Below, piece by piece: positions 28,980 to 37,610 of a stretch of DNA of 64,000 bases (its first letter is position 1; the number at the start of each line of letters is the position of its first letter). Below the pieces are notes generated by a model. That model was not told the origin of the DNA. It saw nothing but the letters and a program-made list of their open reading frames with translations, and did no database searches. Source of the stretch: an uncultured Actinomycetes bacterium (GTDB lineage: Bacteria; Actinomycetota; UBA4738; HRBIN12); contig CAVYBY010000012.1 in the NCBI GenBank assembly GCA_963766935.1, positions 20,945-84,944 on the forward strand, in the 5' to 3' direction. The position numbers and the translations under genes are program-made.

Positions 28980-29531
28980 CTAGAGGTCGACCTGGACCGG
29001 ACCGCGAGCCGGCTCGTCGATCTCGAAGAACGACCGCGGGCGAAAGCCGAACCGGCGCGCCACCAGATTGGCGGGGAACCGCTGGATCATCGTGTTCAGC
29101 CGCATGACCTGATCGTTGTAGAACTGCCGCGCGTAGGCGATCTTCGACTCCGTCGAAGTCAGCTCCTCCTGCAGCGCGAGAAAATTCTGGTTCGCCTTCA
29201 GATCCGGGTAGTTCTCGGCAACGGCGAGCAGCTGGCGGAGCCCCGCGGTGACCGCGTTCTCCGCCTGGGCCTGCTGCGGGACGTCGGACGCCTGCATGGC
29301 CTGCGAACGCATCTGGGCGACATGCTCGAAGAGCTCGCGCTCGTGCTCCGCGTAGCCCTTGACGGTCTCCACCAGGTTCGGGATCAGGTCGTAGCGCCGC
29401 TTGAGCTGGACATCGATCTGCGACCAGCCGTTGTCGACGCGGTTGCGGATCGAGACCAGCCGATTGAACGCCCAGGCGACGAAGAGCAGGGCGAGGACCA
29501 GGACGGCGAGCAGGACCCACACGGCGATCAC
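28980..29531 (-). CDS. lemA: LemA family protein
   Basis: 183 aa from the GTG at 29531 with an N-terminal TM helix and LemA domain. It lies 4 nt after the pimA stop and 2 nt before the htpX start. Confidence 0.85.
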   Translation of the reverse strand: MIAVWVLLAVLVLALLFVAWAFNRLVSIRNRVDNGWSQIDVQLKRRYDLIPNLVETVKGYAEHERELFEHVAQMRSQAMQASDVPQQAQAENAVTAGLRQLLAVAENYPDLKANQNFLALQEELTSTESKIAYARQFYNDQVMRLNTMIQRFPANLVARRFGFRPRSFFEIDEPARGPVQVDL

Positions 29532-29535
29532 GTCC

Positions 29536-30660
29536 CTATGGTAGCCCGGGCGCTCTCGATTTCCCGGTCGATCCGCCTGCCGCTCGCTCGTAGACGCCCT
29601 CAATCCTTGGGGTAAGCACCGACCAGTCGTAGGTCCGCGCGCGCCGGCGGCCCGCCGCGCCCAGCCGCTCGGAGAGCTCGGGGTCCTCGAGGACGCGCCC
29701 GGCCGCATCGGCCATCGCAGTCGCGTCCCCCGGCGGGACGAGCAGGCCTTCTTCGCCGTCGTGGACGACTTCTCGATACCCGGGGATGTCGCTCGCGACG
29801 ACCGGAAGCCCCGCCGCCATCGCCTCGAGCAGGACGTAGCCGAAGCTCTCTCCGCCGGCAGCCGGCCCGATGTAGAGGTCGCACGCGGCGTAGATGGACG
29901 GGAGCCGGTCGTGCGGGACCGACCCCAGCATCCGCACCCGCGAGCGGAGCTCCGGCCCGAGCAACCGGGCTGCGTCGCGCTCGGCGCCGTCGCCGGCGAC
30001 CACGAGACCCAGGTCCGGCCGGTCGCGCGCCAGGATCTCGAACGCGGCCACCGCGGTCGGGAACCCCTTTCTCGGATGCAGCCGCCCGACGAACAACAGC
30101 TTGCGGCCCGGTCCGAGGTCGGCCGGGGCCACGCTCTGGAAGGGAGCGACGTCGAGCCCGTTCGGGATCAGCTCGTAGGTCCCCCCGAGGCGAGATCGGG
30201 CCACCTCCGCGGCCCGCTCGGAGACCGCGATGCGAACCGACAGGCGCCGCGCGACCCGCCGCAGGATCGGGGCCGCGAGGTCGTACAGGAGCGCCCGGTC
30301 CGGGCCGGCGTGAAAGGTCCCGACCACCGGGGCGCGGGCCGCCAGCAGGGCCCACATCCCCGTGCTGGGGGTAAGCGGCTCGTGCGCGTGAACCACGTCG
30401 GGACGAAACGCGCCCAGCGCGCGGCCCGCGGCGCGCGTGGACCAGGGCCACGGGTCGATCGGCGCCGTCGAGCGGTTGTACGGGATGCCGAGCGGCCGGC
30501 CCACCCGGATGACCCCCGCCTCGACGACGCGGCTTGCGGATGGGGCGAGAACGACGACGACGTGCCCTCGCTCGCGAAGACGTTCGCTCAGCTCGCGGAC
30601 GTGGACCTGGACGCCGCCGGGCTGGTCCCACGCGTAGGGACACGCCATGGCGATCCTCAC
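29536..30660 (-). CDS. pimA: GDP-mannose-dependent alpha-(1-2)-phosphatidylinositol mannosyltransferase PimA-like GT4 glycosyltransferase
   Basis: The GTG at 30660 gives MRIAMACPYAWDQPGGVQVHVREL, the PimA N-terminal signature, plus the GT4 EX7E region (GESFGYVLLEAMAAGLPVV). It makes a GTGA overlap with the patA stop and shares synteny with Rv2610c. Confidence 0.8.
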   Translation of the reverse strand: MRIAMACPYAWDQPGGVQVHVRELSERLRERGHVVVVLAPSASRVVEAGVIRVGRPLGIPYNRSTAPIDPWPWSTRAAGRALGAFRPDVVHAHEPLTPSTGMWALLAARAPVVGTFHAGPDRALLYDLAAPILRRVARRLSVRIAVSERAAEVARSRLGGTYELIPNGLDVAPFQSVAPADLGPGRKLLFVGRLHPRKGFPTAVAAFEILARDRPDLGLVVAGDGAERDAARLLGPELRSRVRMLGSVPHDRLPSIYAACDLYIGPAAGGESFGYVLLEAMAAGLPVVASDIPGYREVVHDGEEGLLVPPGDATAMADAAGRVLEDPELSERLGAAGRRRARTYDWSVLTPRIEGVYERAAGGSTGKSRAPGLP

Positions 30661-31589
30661 GGGTCCGCAGGATCCCAACCCGGCTGGAACAGGTGCCAGT
30701 CGGCCGGCGCGGCCGAGATCGCCTGTTCGAGGGCCGCCGCGATCGAGCGGGTCAGCGACGTGACATCGGCCCGCCGGTCCCCGGTGTGGGGCGGCTCGAG
30801 CGGCCGGTACATCTCGCAGTGCCAGCCGCCGCGACGGTGGTAGATGGGCGTGACCATGACCGGAGCTCCCGTCGCGATCGACAACATGGCCGGCCCGGCC
30901 GGGAGCCTGCGCATGCGGCCGAACATCTCGACCTCGATCCCCTGGCCCGTCAGATCGCGATCGGCGACGAGCGCAACGACCCGGCCACGCCCGAGCTCGG
31001 CGCGCAGCAACCCGCCGAGTCCGGCGTCGCCCAGCGCGACGATGTCCATCCGCAGCGCCCGCCGGTGCTCGAGGAAGAGCCGGAACAGCCGGTCCGGCTT
31101 GAGACGCTCGGCGACCGAGAGGATGGGATAGCCCTTGGCCGCCATGAACCGCCCGGCGACGTCCCAGTTCCCCATGTGTGGCAGGACCGCCACCACACCC
31201 TTGCCCCCAGCCGCGGCGAGCTCCATGTTCTCGAAGCCACCGACCTCGAACGCCTCCAGGATGCGTTCGTCCGACCACGAAACGACGCGGAAGGTGTCGA
31301 ACCAGTACCGCGCATAGAGCCGGAACGCCGTCCGGGCCGACGCTCGCACCAGCGGATCGGTGACCGGCCGGCCGAGAACCTGGGCCTGGTTTGCCAGGAC
31401 GGTCGCGCGCAGACCCGGGAGCGCGCGAAACGCGATCAGGCCGATCCGCTCGAAGATCCCGCGACCGGCGGCCTCCGGAAGCCCCTCCGCAATGCGGGCC
31501 AGCGTTCGGTACCCGTGATAGGCGGCGCGTTCGTGAAGCGTCTCCCGAGGCTCGCCCCGGTCCGTGGTCCGCAGGCCCGCCGCGGTCAC
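30657..31589 (-). CDS. patA: Phosphatidylinositol mannoside acyltransferase PatA-like (HtrB/LpxL lysophospholipid acyltransferase family)
   Basis: 311 aa from the GTG at 31589 (GTGA overlap with the pgsA stop). Same position as Rv2611c. Confidence 0.75.
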   Translation of the reverse strand: MTAAGLRTTDRGEPRETLHERAAYHGYRTLARIAEGLPEAAGRGIFERIGLIAFRALPGLRATVLANQAQVLGRPVTDPLVRASARTAFRLYARYWFDTFRVVSWSDERILEAFEVGGFENMELAAAGGKGVVAVLPHMGNWDVAGRFMAAKGYPILSVAERLKPDRLFRLFLEHRRALRMDIVALGDAGLGGLLRAELGRGRVVALVADRDLTGQGIEVEMFGRMRRLPAGPAMLSIATGAPVMVTPIYHRRGGWHCEMYRPLEPPHTGDRRADVTSLTRSIAAALEQAISAAPADWHLFQPGWDPADP

Positions 31590-32215
31590 GCCGCCCGCTC
31601 CTCGCCGGCCACCTGGCCGGTTCGCACCAATGCGGTAAGCGCGACCAGCACGGCGGTCGCCCACACGGCGGGACCGATGCGGTCGAAGGCGAGGCCGGCC
31701 GTGACCAGACCGTAGCGAATCCCGCGGGTCACATGGCTCTCCTCCACCGAGTAGTCCAGTGCCGCGCCGCGAGCGCGCACATACGCCGAGAGAAAGCTGG
31801 CGCAGAGCGCCACGATCGCGCCCGCGGCCACCTCGGGACGTCCCTCGCGCGCAACCCACGCGACGGCGCCGAGAACCCCGGCGTCCCAGGCACGGTCGAG
31901 CAGGTCGTCGAGCATCCGGTCGACGGGTCCGCCCGAACCGTGGTTGGAGCGGTGCCCCCCCGTGAGCAGCAGGGCCGCGGACGCGCCGGCCGCCAGCGCC
32001 GCCCAGTGCGGCGCCCGCGCCACCACCAGCCAGGTGGATCCGGCGGCCAATGTGCCCCCGGCGAGCAGGCAGCCGCGCGTGATCGCCGTACCGGGCGGCT
32101 GTCGCTGAAAGCGGACCATCGAGACGGGGGCGAGCCTAGCACCCGTCCCCCGCGCGCCTCCTTCGGCGAGGTTCCGTAGAATCGCGCCCATCGCGGCGCC
32201 CGTCGCAGCCGTCAT
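31586..32215 (-). CDS. pgsA: CDP-alcohol phosphatidyltransferase family protein (PgsA1/PIP-synthase position) with an atypical catalytic motif
   Basis: 209 aa multi-TM protein with the distal G-x3-D-x3-D part of the motif (GGPVDRMLDDLLDRAWD). The proximal D-G-x2-A-R reads LTGGHR, so the first Asp is absent. Rv2612c-like synteny. The start is uncertain (internal M at +9 and +33). Confidence 0.6.
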   Translation of the reverse strand: MTAATGAAMGAILRNLAEGGARGTGARLAPVSMVRFQRQPPGTAITRGCLLAGGTLAAGSTWLVVARAPHWAALAAGASAALLLTGGHRSNHGSGGPVDRMLDDLLDRAWDAGVLGAVAWVAREGRPEVAAGAIVALCASFLSAYVRARGAALDYSVEESHVTRGIRYGLVTAGLAFDRIGPAVWATAVLVALTALVRTGQVAGEERAA

Positions 32216-32234
32216 CCTGCAGAAGGAGAGCGAG

Positions 32235-34325
32235 TTGGACGTCTACGAGGCGAAGGACATCCGCAACGTCTTGCTCATGGGACATGGCGGCTCGGGCAAG
32301 ACGACGTTGCTCGAAGCCATGTTGTTCACGAGCGGCCAGACGACCCGAATGGGCACGGTCGAGGACGGCACCACGGTCTCGGACCACGACCCCGACGAGC
32401 AGCGCAAGGGCATCTCGGTCTCGCTTGCCGGCGCGCCGGTGATCTGGAAAGGCGTCAAGATCAACGTCCTCGACGCGCCGGGGACCGCGGACTTCGTCGG
32501 CGACGTTCGATCCGCCATCCGGGCCGTCGACGCCGTCATCCTCGTGGTCTCGGCCGTCGACGGCGTCGAGGTGCAGACGGAGTACGCCTGGGAGCTCGCG
32601 GTCGAAGAGGGCCTGCCGCGGGCGATCTTCGTGAACAAGCTCGACCGGGAGCGCGCCGACTTCCAGTCGACGCTCGACCAGCTGGTCGCGGCGTTCGGGA
32701 ACCAAGTCGCCCCGTTCGAGCTGCCGATCGGTCAGGAGAGCGAGTTCGAAGGCGTCGCCGACCTGTTGCACGAGAAAGCCGACCGCTATCCGGACGGCCC
32801 GCACGCGGAGGAGTCGGAGTGGCCGCAGGATCTGCATGCCATCGCCGACCCGTTCCGCGAGAAGCTCATGGAGGCGGTCGCCGAATCCGACGACGCGCTG
32901 ATCGAGATCTATCTGGAGGAGGGAACCCTTCCGGAGGCCGACATCGTCCGCGGCGCCAAGGAAGGCTTTGCCAACGCGAGGCTCGCCCCCGTCATCGTCG
33001 GTTCCGCCTCCCGCGCCGTCGCGGTCGACCGCTTGCTCGACTTCGTCGTCGAGGAGTTCCCGTCCCCGCTCGACCGGGCCCCGGTCCGGGTCGCGACAGC
33101 GGACGGAACCGAGTCGGAGCGGGCGAGCGAGGCCGACGGACCGCTCACCGCGTTCGTCTTCAAGACCGTGTCCGACCCGTTCGTCGGACACATCACGATG
33201 TTCCGCGTGTTCAGCGGGCGGGTTCGCCCCGACTCGAGCATCCACGACGCGACCCAGGGAACCGACGAGCGGATCGGCCAGCTGTTCGTCCTGGTCGGCA
33301 AGGAGCACGAGAGCGTCCCCGAGGTCGCCGCCGGCGACATCGGCGCGGTCGCCAAGCTCCAGCACGCGCACACCGGCGACACGTTCTCCACAAAGGACGC
33401 CCCCGTGCAGCTGACCACCGTGGAGCTGCCCCCGCCGCTCCTCGCGTACGCCATCACGCCGAAGGCCAAGGGGGACGAGGACAAGCTGGCCACTGGGCTC
33501 GCCCGGCTCCGGGAGGAGGACCCCACCTTCCACGTCAGCCGGAACGAGGAGACGCACGAGACCGTCATCTCCGGGATGGGCGAGGCCCACCTCGAAGTGA
33601 ACATCGAACGCCTGAAGCGGAAGTTCGGCGTCGATGTCGACGCCAAGGCCGCCAAGATCGCCTACCGCGAGACCATCCGGGGAAAGGGTCCCGGCATCGG
33701 ACGGCATGTGAAGCAGACCGGCGGACACGGTCAGTACGCGGTCTGCAACATCGAGATCGAGCCGGTGCCGCGTGGAGACGGGTTCGTCTTCGAGGACAAG
33801 ATCTTCGGCGGCGCGATCCCGCAGAGCTTCATCCCGAGCGTCGAGAAGGGGGTCGTCCGGACGATGTCCGAGGGCGTCATCAGCGGCAACCCGATGGTCG
33901 ACGTGAAGGTGACGCTCCTCGACGGAAAGTTCCACACGGTGGACTCCTCCGACATGGCCTTTCAGATCGCGGGGTCGCTCGCGCTGAAGGACGCGGTGGA
34001 GCGCGCGGGTATCGCCCTGCTCGAACCGGTCGTCCAACTCTCCGTGGTGGTGCCCGACGCCTTCACCGGCGACGTCATGGGGGACCTCAACTCAAAGCGC
34101 GGGAAGATCCAGGGCATGGAGCAGCTGGGCGCCGGCAAGCAGCAGATCAACGCCCTGGTTCCCCAGGCGGAGGTCGCGCGCTACGTCATCGACCTCCGCT
34201 CGATCACCGGCGGACGCGGCGCCTTCACGATGGCCTTCTCCCACTACGAGGAGCTGCCGCAGCAGCTCGCGCAGAAGGTCATCGACGAGCACCAGAAAGC
34301 CCGTGAAGACGCGACGAAGAAATAG
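32235..34325 (+). CDS. Elongation factor G family GTPase paralog (EF-G2/FusA2-like)
   Basis: 696 aa with all five EF-G domains. The G motifs are GHGGSGKTT, DAPG and NKLD. It uses a TTG start with an AAGGAG SD 6 nt upstream, and sits divergent from pgsA with only a 19-nt spacer. Confidence 0.85.
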   Translation: MDVYEAKDIRNVLLMGHGGSGKTTLLEAMLFTSGQTTRMGTVEDGTTVSDHDPDEQRKGISVSLAGAPVIWKGVKINVLDAPGTADFVGDVRSAIRAVDAVILVVSAVDGVEVQTEYAWELAVEEGLPRAIFVNKLDRERADFQSTLDQLVAAFGNQVAPFELPIGQESEFEGVADLLHEKADRYPDGPHAEESEWPQDLHAIADPFREKLMEAVAESDDALIEIYLEEGTLPEADIVRGAKEGFANARLAPVIVGSASRAVAVDRLLDFVVEEFPSPLDRAPVRVATADGTESERASEADGPLTAFVFKTVSDPFVGHITMFRVFSGRVRPDSSIHDATQGTDERIGQLFVLVGKEHESVPEVAAGDIGAVAKLQHAHTGDTFSTKDAPVQLTTVELPPPLLAYAITPKAKGDEDKLATGLARLREEDPTFHVSRNEETHETVISGMGEAHLEVNIERLKRKFGVDVDAKAAKIAYRETIRGKGPGIGRHVKQTGGHGQYAVCNIEIEPVPRGDGFVFEDKIFGGAIPQSFIPSVEKGVVRTMSEGVISGNPMVDVKVTLLDGKFHTVDSSDMAFQIAGSLALKDAVERAGIALLEPVVQLSVVVPDAFTGDVMGDLNSKRGKIQGMEQLGAGKQQINALVPQAEVARYVIDLRSITGGRGAFTMAFSHYEELPQQLAQKVIDEHQKAREDATKK

Positions 34326-34348
34326 CCGGGCCGCCGGGCCGGACCGGG

Positions 34349-35161
34349 TCAACGAGGGCGGAACTCGGTGAGGAATCCCAGCACGGTCCTATCGAACGCC
34401 TCGGGCTGCCGAACGTTGACCACGTGGTCCGAGCCCGGGATGACGACCCGGCGCGCACCCCGAATCCGGCTCGCGATGGCGTCGTAGGCGCGCATCTCGG
34501 GCGGCGGGTCGTGGTCGGGGCAGACGACGAGCGTGGGGACGGCGATCTCCCCGAGACGGCCGGCTGCGGGCGGGTCGAGCTCGGCGGCGCCGCTCTCGTC
34601 CATGTGCATCTCGTGGATGTTGTCGAAGGCGATGTCGCGGATCCGGCGGCCGGCGTCGTCGTCCGTCCCGAGCGACGCCCAGATGGCGAGCCGCAGGTCC
34701 TGCGTGCGATCCCAGTCCTCCGCGTCGTAGGCCTCCTCCACGGGGCGCCACGCCTCGGTCCACCACGCCTCCTCCTCGGGCGTCCGCTCGAACCCGCCGA
34801 CGCCGGGGGCGATCGGTACGAGCGCCCATACGCGTCCGGGGTGCTCGAGCGTCGTCTCGATCGCGAGACGGCCGCCGACCGAGCAGCCGACGAGCGCCGT
34901 CCGCTCGACCTGGAGCGCATCGAGCACGGCGACGAGATCGGCCAGGTCCGAGTACGGCTCGCCGCTCGGGCGGCTCGACTGCCCGTAGCCACGGATGTCG
35001 TATCGCACCGTTCGAAAGCCGGAGGCGGGAAACGTCGTCATCTGCCGGTCCCATGTCCGCATGTCCCACAGGCCCGGATGGATCAGCGTGACCACGGGGC
35101 CGTCGCCGGAGACCTCGTAGTGGATCCGCCCGCCGGCGACGTCGACGAACCCCTCGCTCAC
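34349..35161 (-). CDS. Alpha/beta-fold hydrolase
   Basis: About 271 aa from the GTG at 35161 (VSEGFVDVAGGRIHYEVSG; nucleophile elbow GCSVGG). It makes a GTGA overlap with the HIT stop. The ORF-track start at 35260 is an alternative. Confidence 0.7.
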   Translation of the reverse strand: MSEGFVDVAGGRIHYEVSGDGPVVTLIHPGLWDMRTWDRQMTTFPASGFRTVRYDIRGYGQSSRPSGEPYSDLADLVAVLDALQVERTALVGCSVGGRLAIETTLEHPGRVWALVPIAPGVGGFERTPEEEAWWTEAWRPVEEAYDAEDWDRTQDLRLAIWASLGTDDDAGRRIRDIAFDNIHEMHMDESGAAELDPPAAGRLGEIAVPTLVVCPDHDPPPEMRAYDAIASRIRGARRVVIPGSDHVVNVRQPEAFDRTVLGFLTEFRPR

Positions 35162-35646
35162 GCGAACCTCGGCGCCAGCCGCGCGTAGGTCTCCTCGAGC
35201 AGCTGCGGCAGCACCCGCGTCTGGCCTACGACCGGCATGAAGTTCGTGTCGCCGCCCCATCGGGGGACCACGTGCCAGTGCAGGTGGTCGGGGATGCCGG
35301 CACCCGCGGTCCGGCCCAGGTTCAGACCCACGTTGAACCCGTGCGGCGCCGCCTCCTCACGAATGGCGCGAACCGAGCGCTGCAACAGCGCCTGAAGCTC
35401 CGCGTTCTCCTCGGCGGACAGGTCCTCCAGCTCGCCCGTGTGGCGCACCGGCAGGATCAGGACGTGACCCGGGTTGTACGGGTACTTCGCGAGCGTGGCG
35501 AACGCGAGGGCGGTCCGGGCCAGGATCAGGGCATCCGGGTCGTCGTCGGGCCGCGCTTGCAGCTCGCAGAAGACGCAGCCACCGCCCGGCGTCTCCTTGG
35601 CCTCCTGGATGTACGCCATCCGCCAGGGGCTCCACAGTTGGTCCAC
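35158..35646 (-). CDS. HIT family protein (Ap4A phosphorylase-like, Rv2613c position)
   Basis: HIT motif HLHWHVVPR. The probable GTG start at 35646 lies 5 nt after the thrS stop; the ORF-track start at 35745 overlaps thrS. Confidence 0.75.
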   Translation of the reverse strand: MDQLWSPWRMAYIQEAKETPGGGCVFCELQARPDDDPDALILARTALAFATLAKYPYNPGHVLILPVRHTGELEDLSAEENAELQALLQRSVRAIREEAAPHGFNVGLNLGRTAGAGIPDHLHWHVVPRWGGDTNFMPVVGQTRVLPQLLEETYARLAPRFA

Positions 35647-35650
35647 GACG

Positions 35651-37582
35651 TCAGCCGCCGAAGTGTGTTTGCGCGATCGCCCGGGTGCGAGCTTCCTCGA
35701 CGAGGGCGGCCACGACGTCGTCGTAGGCGAGGCCGCGCGTCTCATTCCCCTGGCGGTCGCGAACCGTGTAGGTCCCGGCCTCGAGGTCGCGGTCCCCGAC
35801 CACGAGCGTGTAGGGCGCCCGCATCAGCTGCGCCGCACGGATCTTCTTCCCTACGCTCTCGTGCGCCTCGTCCACGAACGGTCGGAGGCCGGCCGCGCGC
35901 GCACGATCCGCGAGCTCGAGGCAGTGCTCGACGTGGCGGTCGGCGACCGGCACGAACCGAATCTGCTCCGGCGAGAGCCACAGCGGGAACGCGCCCGCGT
36001 AGTGTTCGATCAGCACCGCGCTGAATCGCTCGAGGGTTCCCAGGATCGCCCGGTGGATCATCACGGGACGGTGCAGCTCGTTGTCCTCCCCCGAGTACTT
36101 CATGTCGAATCGCTCGGGCAGCGCGAAGTCGCACTGCACCGTGGTGAGCTGCCACAGCCGGCCGATCGCGTCGCGGAAGTGGAAGTCGACCTTCGGGCCG
36201 TAGAACGCGCCCTCCCCCTCGGCCACCTCGTAGTCGAGCCCGCTCTTGTCGAGCGCCTGACGCAGCGCCTCGGTGGCGCGCGCCCACATCCCCTCGTCGC
36301 CGATCGCGAGACCCGGCTTCGTCGAGAGGTTGACGACCGGATCGTCGAACCCGAACGTGCGATGGATCTCGAGCGTCAGGTCGAACGCAGCGAGGATCTC
36401 GTCGATCAGCTGGTCGGGCGTGCAGATGATGTGCGAGTCGTCCTGAGTGCCACCGCGGATCCGCAACAGGCCGTGCAGCGCGCCGAGCCGCTCGTAGCGG
36501 TAGATGGTTCCCAGCTCGGCAAGACGCATCGGGAGCTCCCGGTAGGAGCGCACCGCCGACTTGTAGATCAGCACGTGGAACGGACAGTTCATCGGCTTGA
36601 CGAAGTACTCGTTGCCCTCGCCGTCGTCCATGACGGGATACATGTTGTCGATGTACTTGGCGGTGTGGCCGCTGGTATCCCACAGACCCCGCCTCGCGAC
36701 GTGCGGGGTCACCACCAGGTCGTACCCGCGCTCGAGATGCAGCTCTCGCACGTAGTCCTCCAGCTGCTTGCGGAAGATGCCGCCGCGCGGGTGCCAGAGC
36801 CAGAGCCCGGGGCCCAGCTCGTCGGGCGACGAGAACAGGTCCAGCTGGCGGCCGAGCTTGCGATGGTCGCGCCGCTCGGCCTCCTCCAGCCGCACCAAGT
36901 GCGACTCGAGGTCCGCCTCGGAGGCCCACGCCGTCCCGTAGATGCGGGTGAGCATCGGACGCTGCTCGTCGCCGCGCCAGTAGGCGCCCGCCAGCGAGGT
37001 CAGCTTGAACGCGCCGAGGGCCCCGGTGGACGGGACGTGCGGGCCGAGGCACAGGTCCACCCAGTCCCCGTTTCCGTACAGCGTCACCGTCTCGCCCGCG
37101 CCGGCCTCGGCCTCGTCGGCGAGCCCCTCCAGGATCTCCACCTTGAACGGCTGCCCGGCGAGCCGGTCGAGGGCCTCGGTCCGGGTCACCTCCTCACGGA
37201 CGAACGGCTGATCCGCGGCGATCAGCTCTCGCATCCGTGCTTCGATCCGCGGCAGGTCGTCGGCCGACGGCGCCGACGGGAGCGCGAAGTCGTAGTAGAA
37301 CCCGTCCTCGATCGCCGGCCCGATCGCATAGCTCGCACCCGGGTACAGGTCGCAGACGGCCTGCGCCAGGACGTGGGCGGTGGAGTGCCGGAGCACGTGG
37401 AGCCCGTCCTGGCTCGCGGGCTCGACGGGCTCGAGAGCCCCGTCGCCGGTGGGAACGAACGACAGGTCGCGAAGCGTCCCGTCGAGCCTGGCGGCGATGG
37501 CGCCCGGCTCGAGCACGGCTCCAACCGGCTCCCCGTCGGGGAGCTCCGTGCTGGATCCGTCGGGCAGGCTCAACCGGGGCAC
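35651..37582 (-). CDS. thrS: Threonine--tRNA ligase
   Basis: TGS, editing (HSTAHVL), class II core and anticodon-binding domains. The GTG at 37582 lies 29 nt after the ABC permease stop. The ORF-track start at 37708 overlaps the upstream gene by 97 nt. Confidence 0.9.
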   Translation of the reverse strand: MPRLSLPDGSSTELPDGEPVGAVLEPGAIAARLDGTLRDLSFVPTGDGALEPVEPASQDGLHVLRHSTAHVLAQAVCDLYPGASYAIGPAIEDGFYYDFALPSAPSADDLPRIEARMRELIAADQPFVREEVTRTEALDRLAGQPFKVEILEGLADEAEAGAGETVTLYGNGDWVDLCLGPHVPSTGALGAFKLTSLAGAYWRGDEQRPMLTRIYGTAWASEADLESHLVRLEEAERRDHRKLGRQLDLFSSPDELGPGLWLWHPRGGIFRKQLEDYVRELHLERGYDLVVTPHVARRGLWDTSGHTAKYIDNMYPVMDDGEGNEYFVKPMNCPFHVLIYKSAVRSYRELPMRLAELGTIYRYERLGALHGLLRIRGGTQDDSHIICTPDQLIDEILAAFDLTLEIHRTFGFDDPVVNLSTKPGLAIGDEGMWARATEALRQALDKSGLDYEVAEGEGAFYGPKVDFHFRDAIGRLWQLTTVQCDFALPERFDMKYSGEDNELHRPVMIHRAILGTLERFSAVLIEHYAGAFPLWLSPEQIRFVPVADRHVEHCLELADRARAAGLRPFVDEAHESVGKKIRAAQLMRAPYTLVVGDRDLEAGTYTVRDRQGNETRGLAYDDVVAALVEEARTRAIAQTHFGG

Positions 37583-37610
37583 GCCGGAATGATATCGACG
37601 CGCCGTCGGG

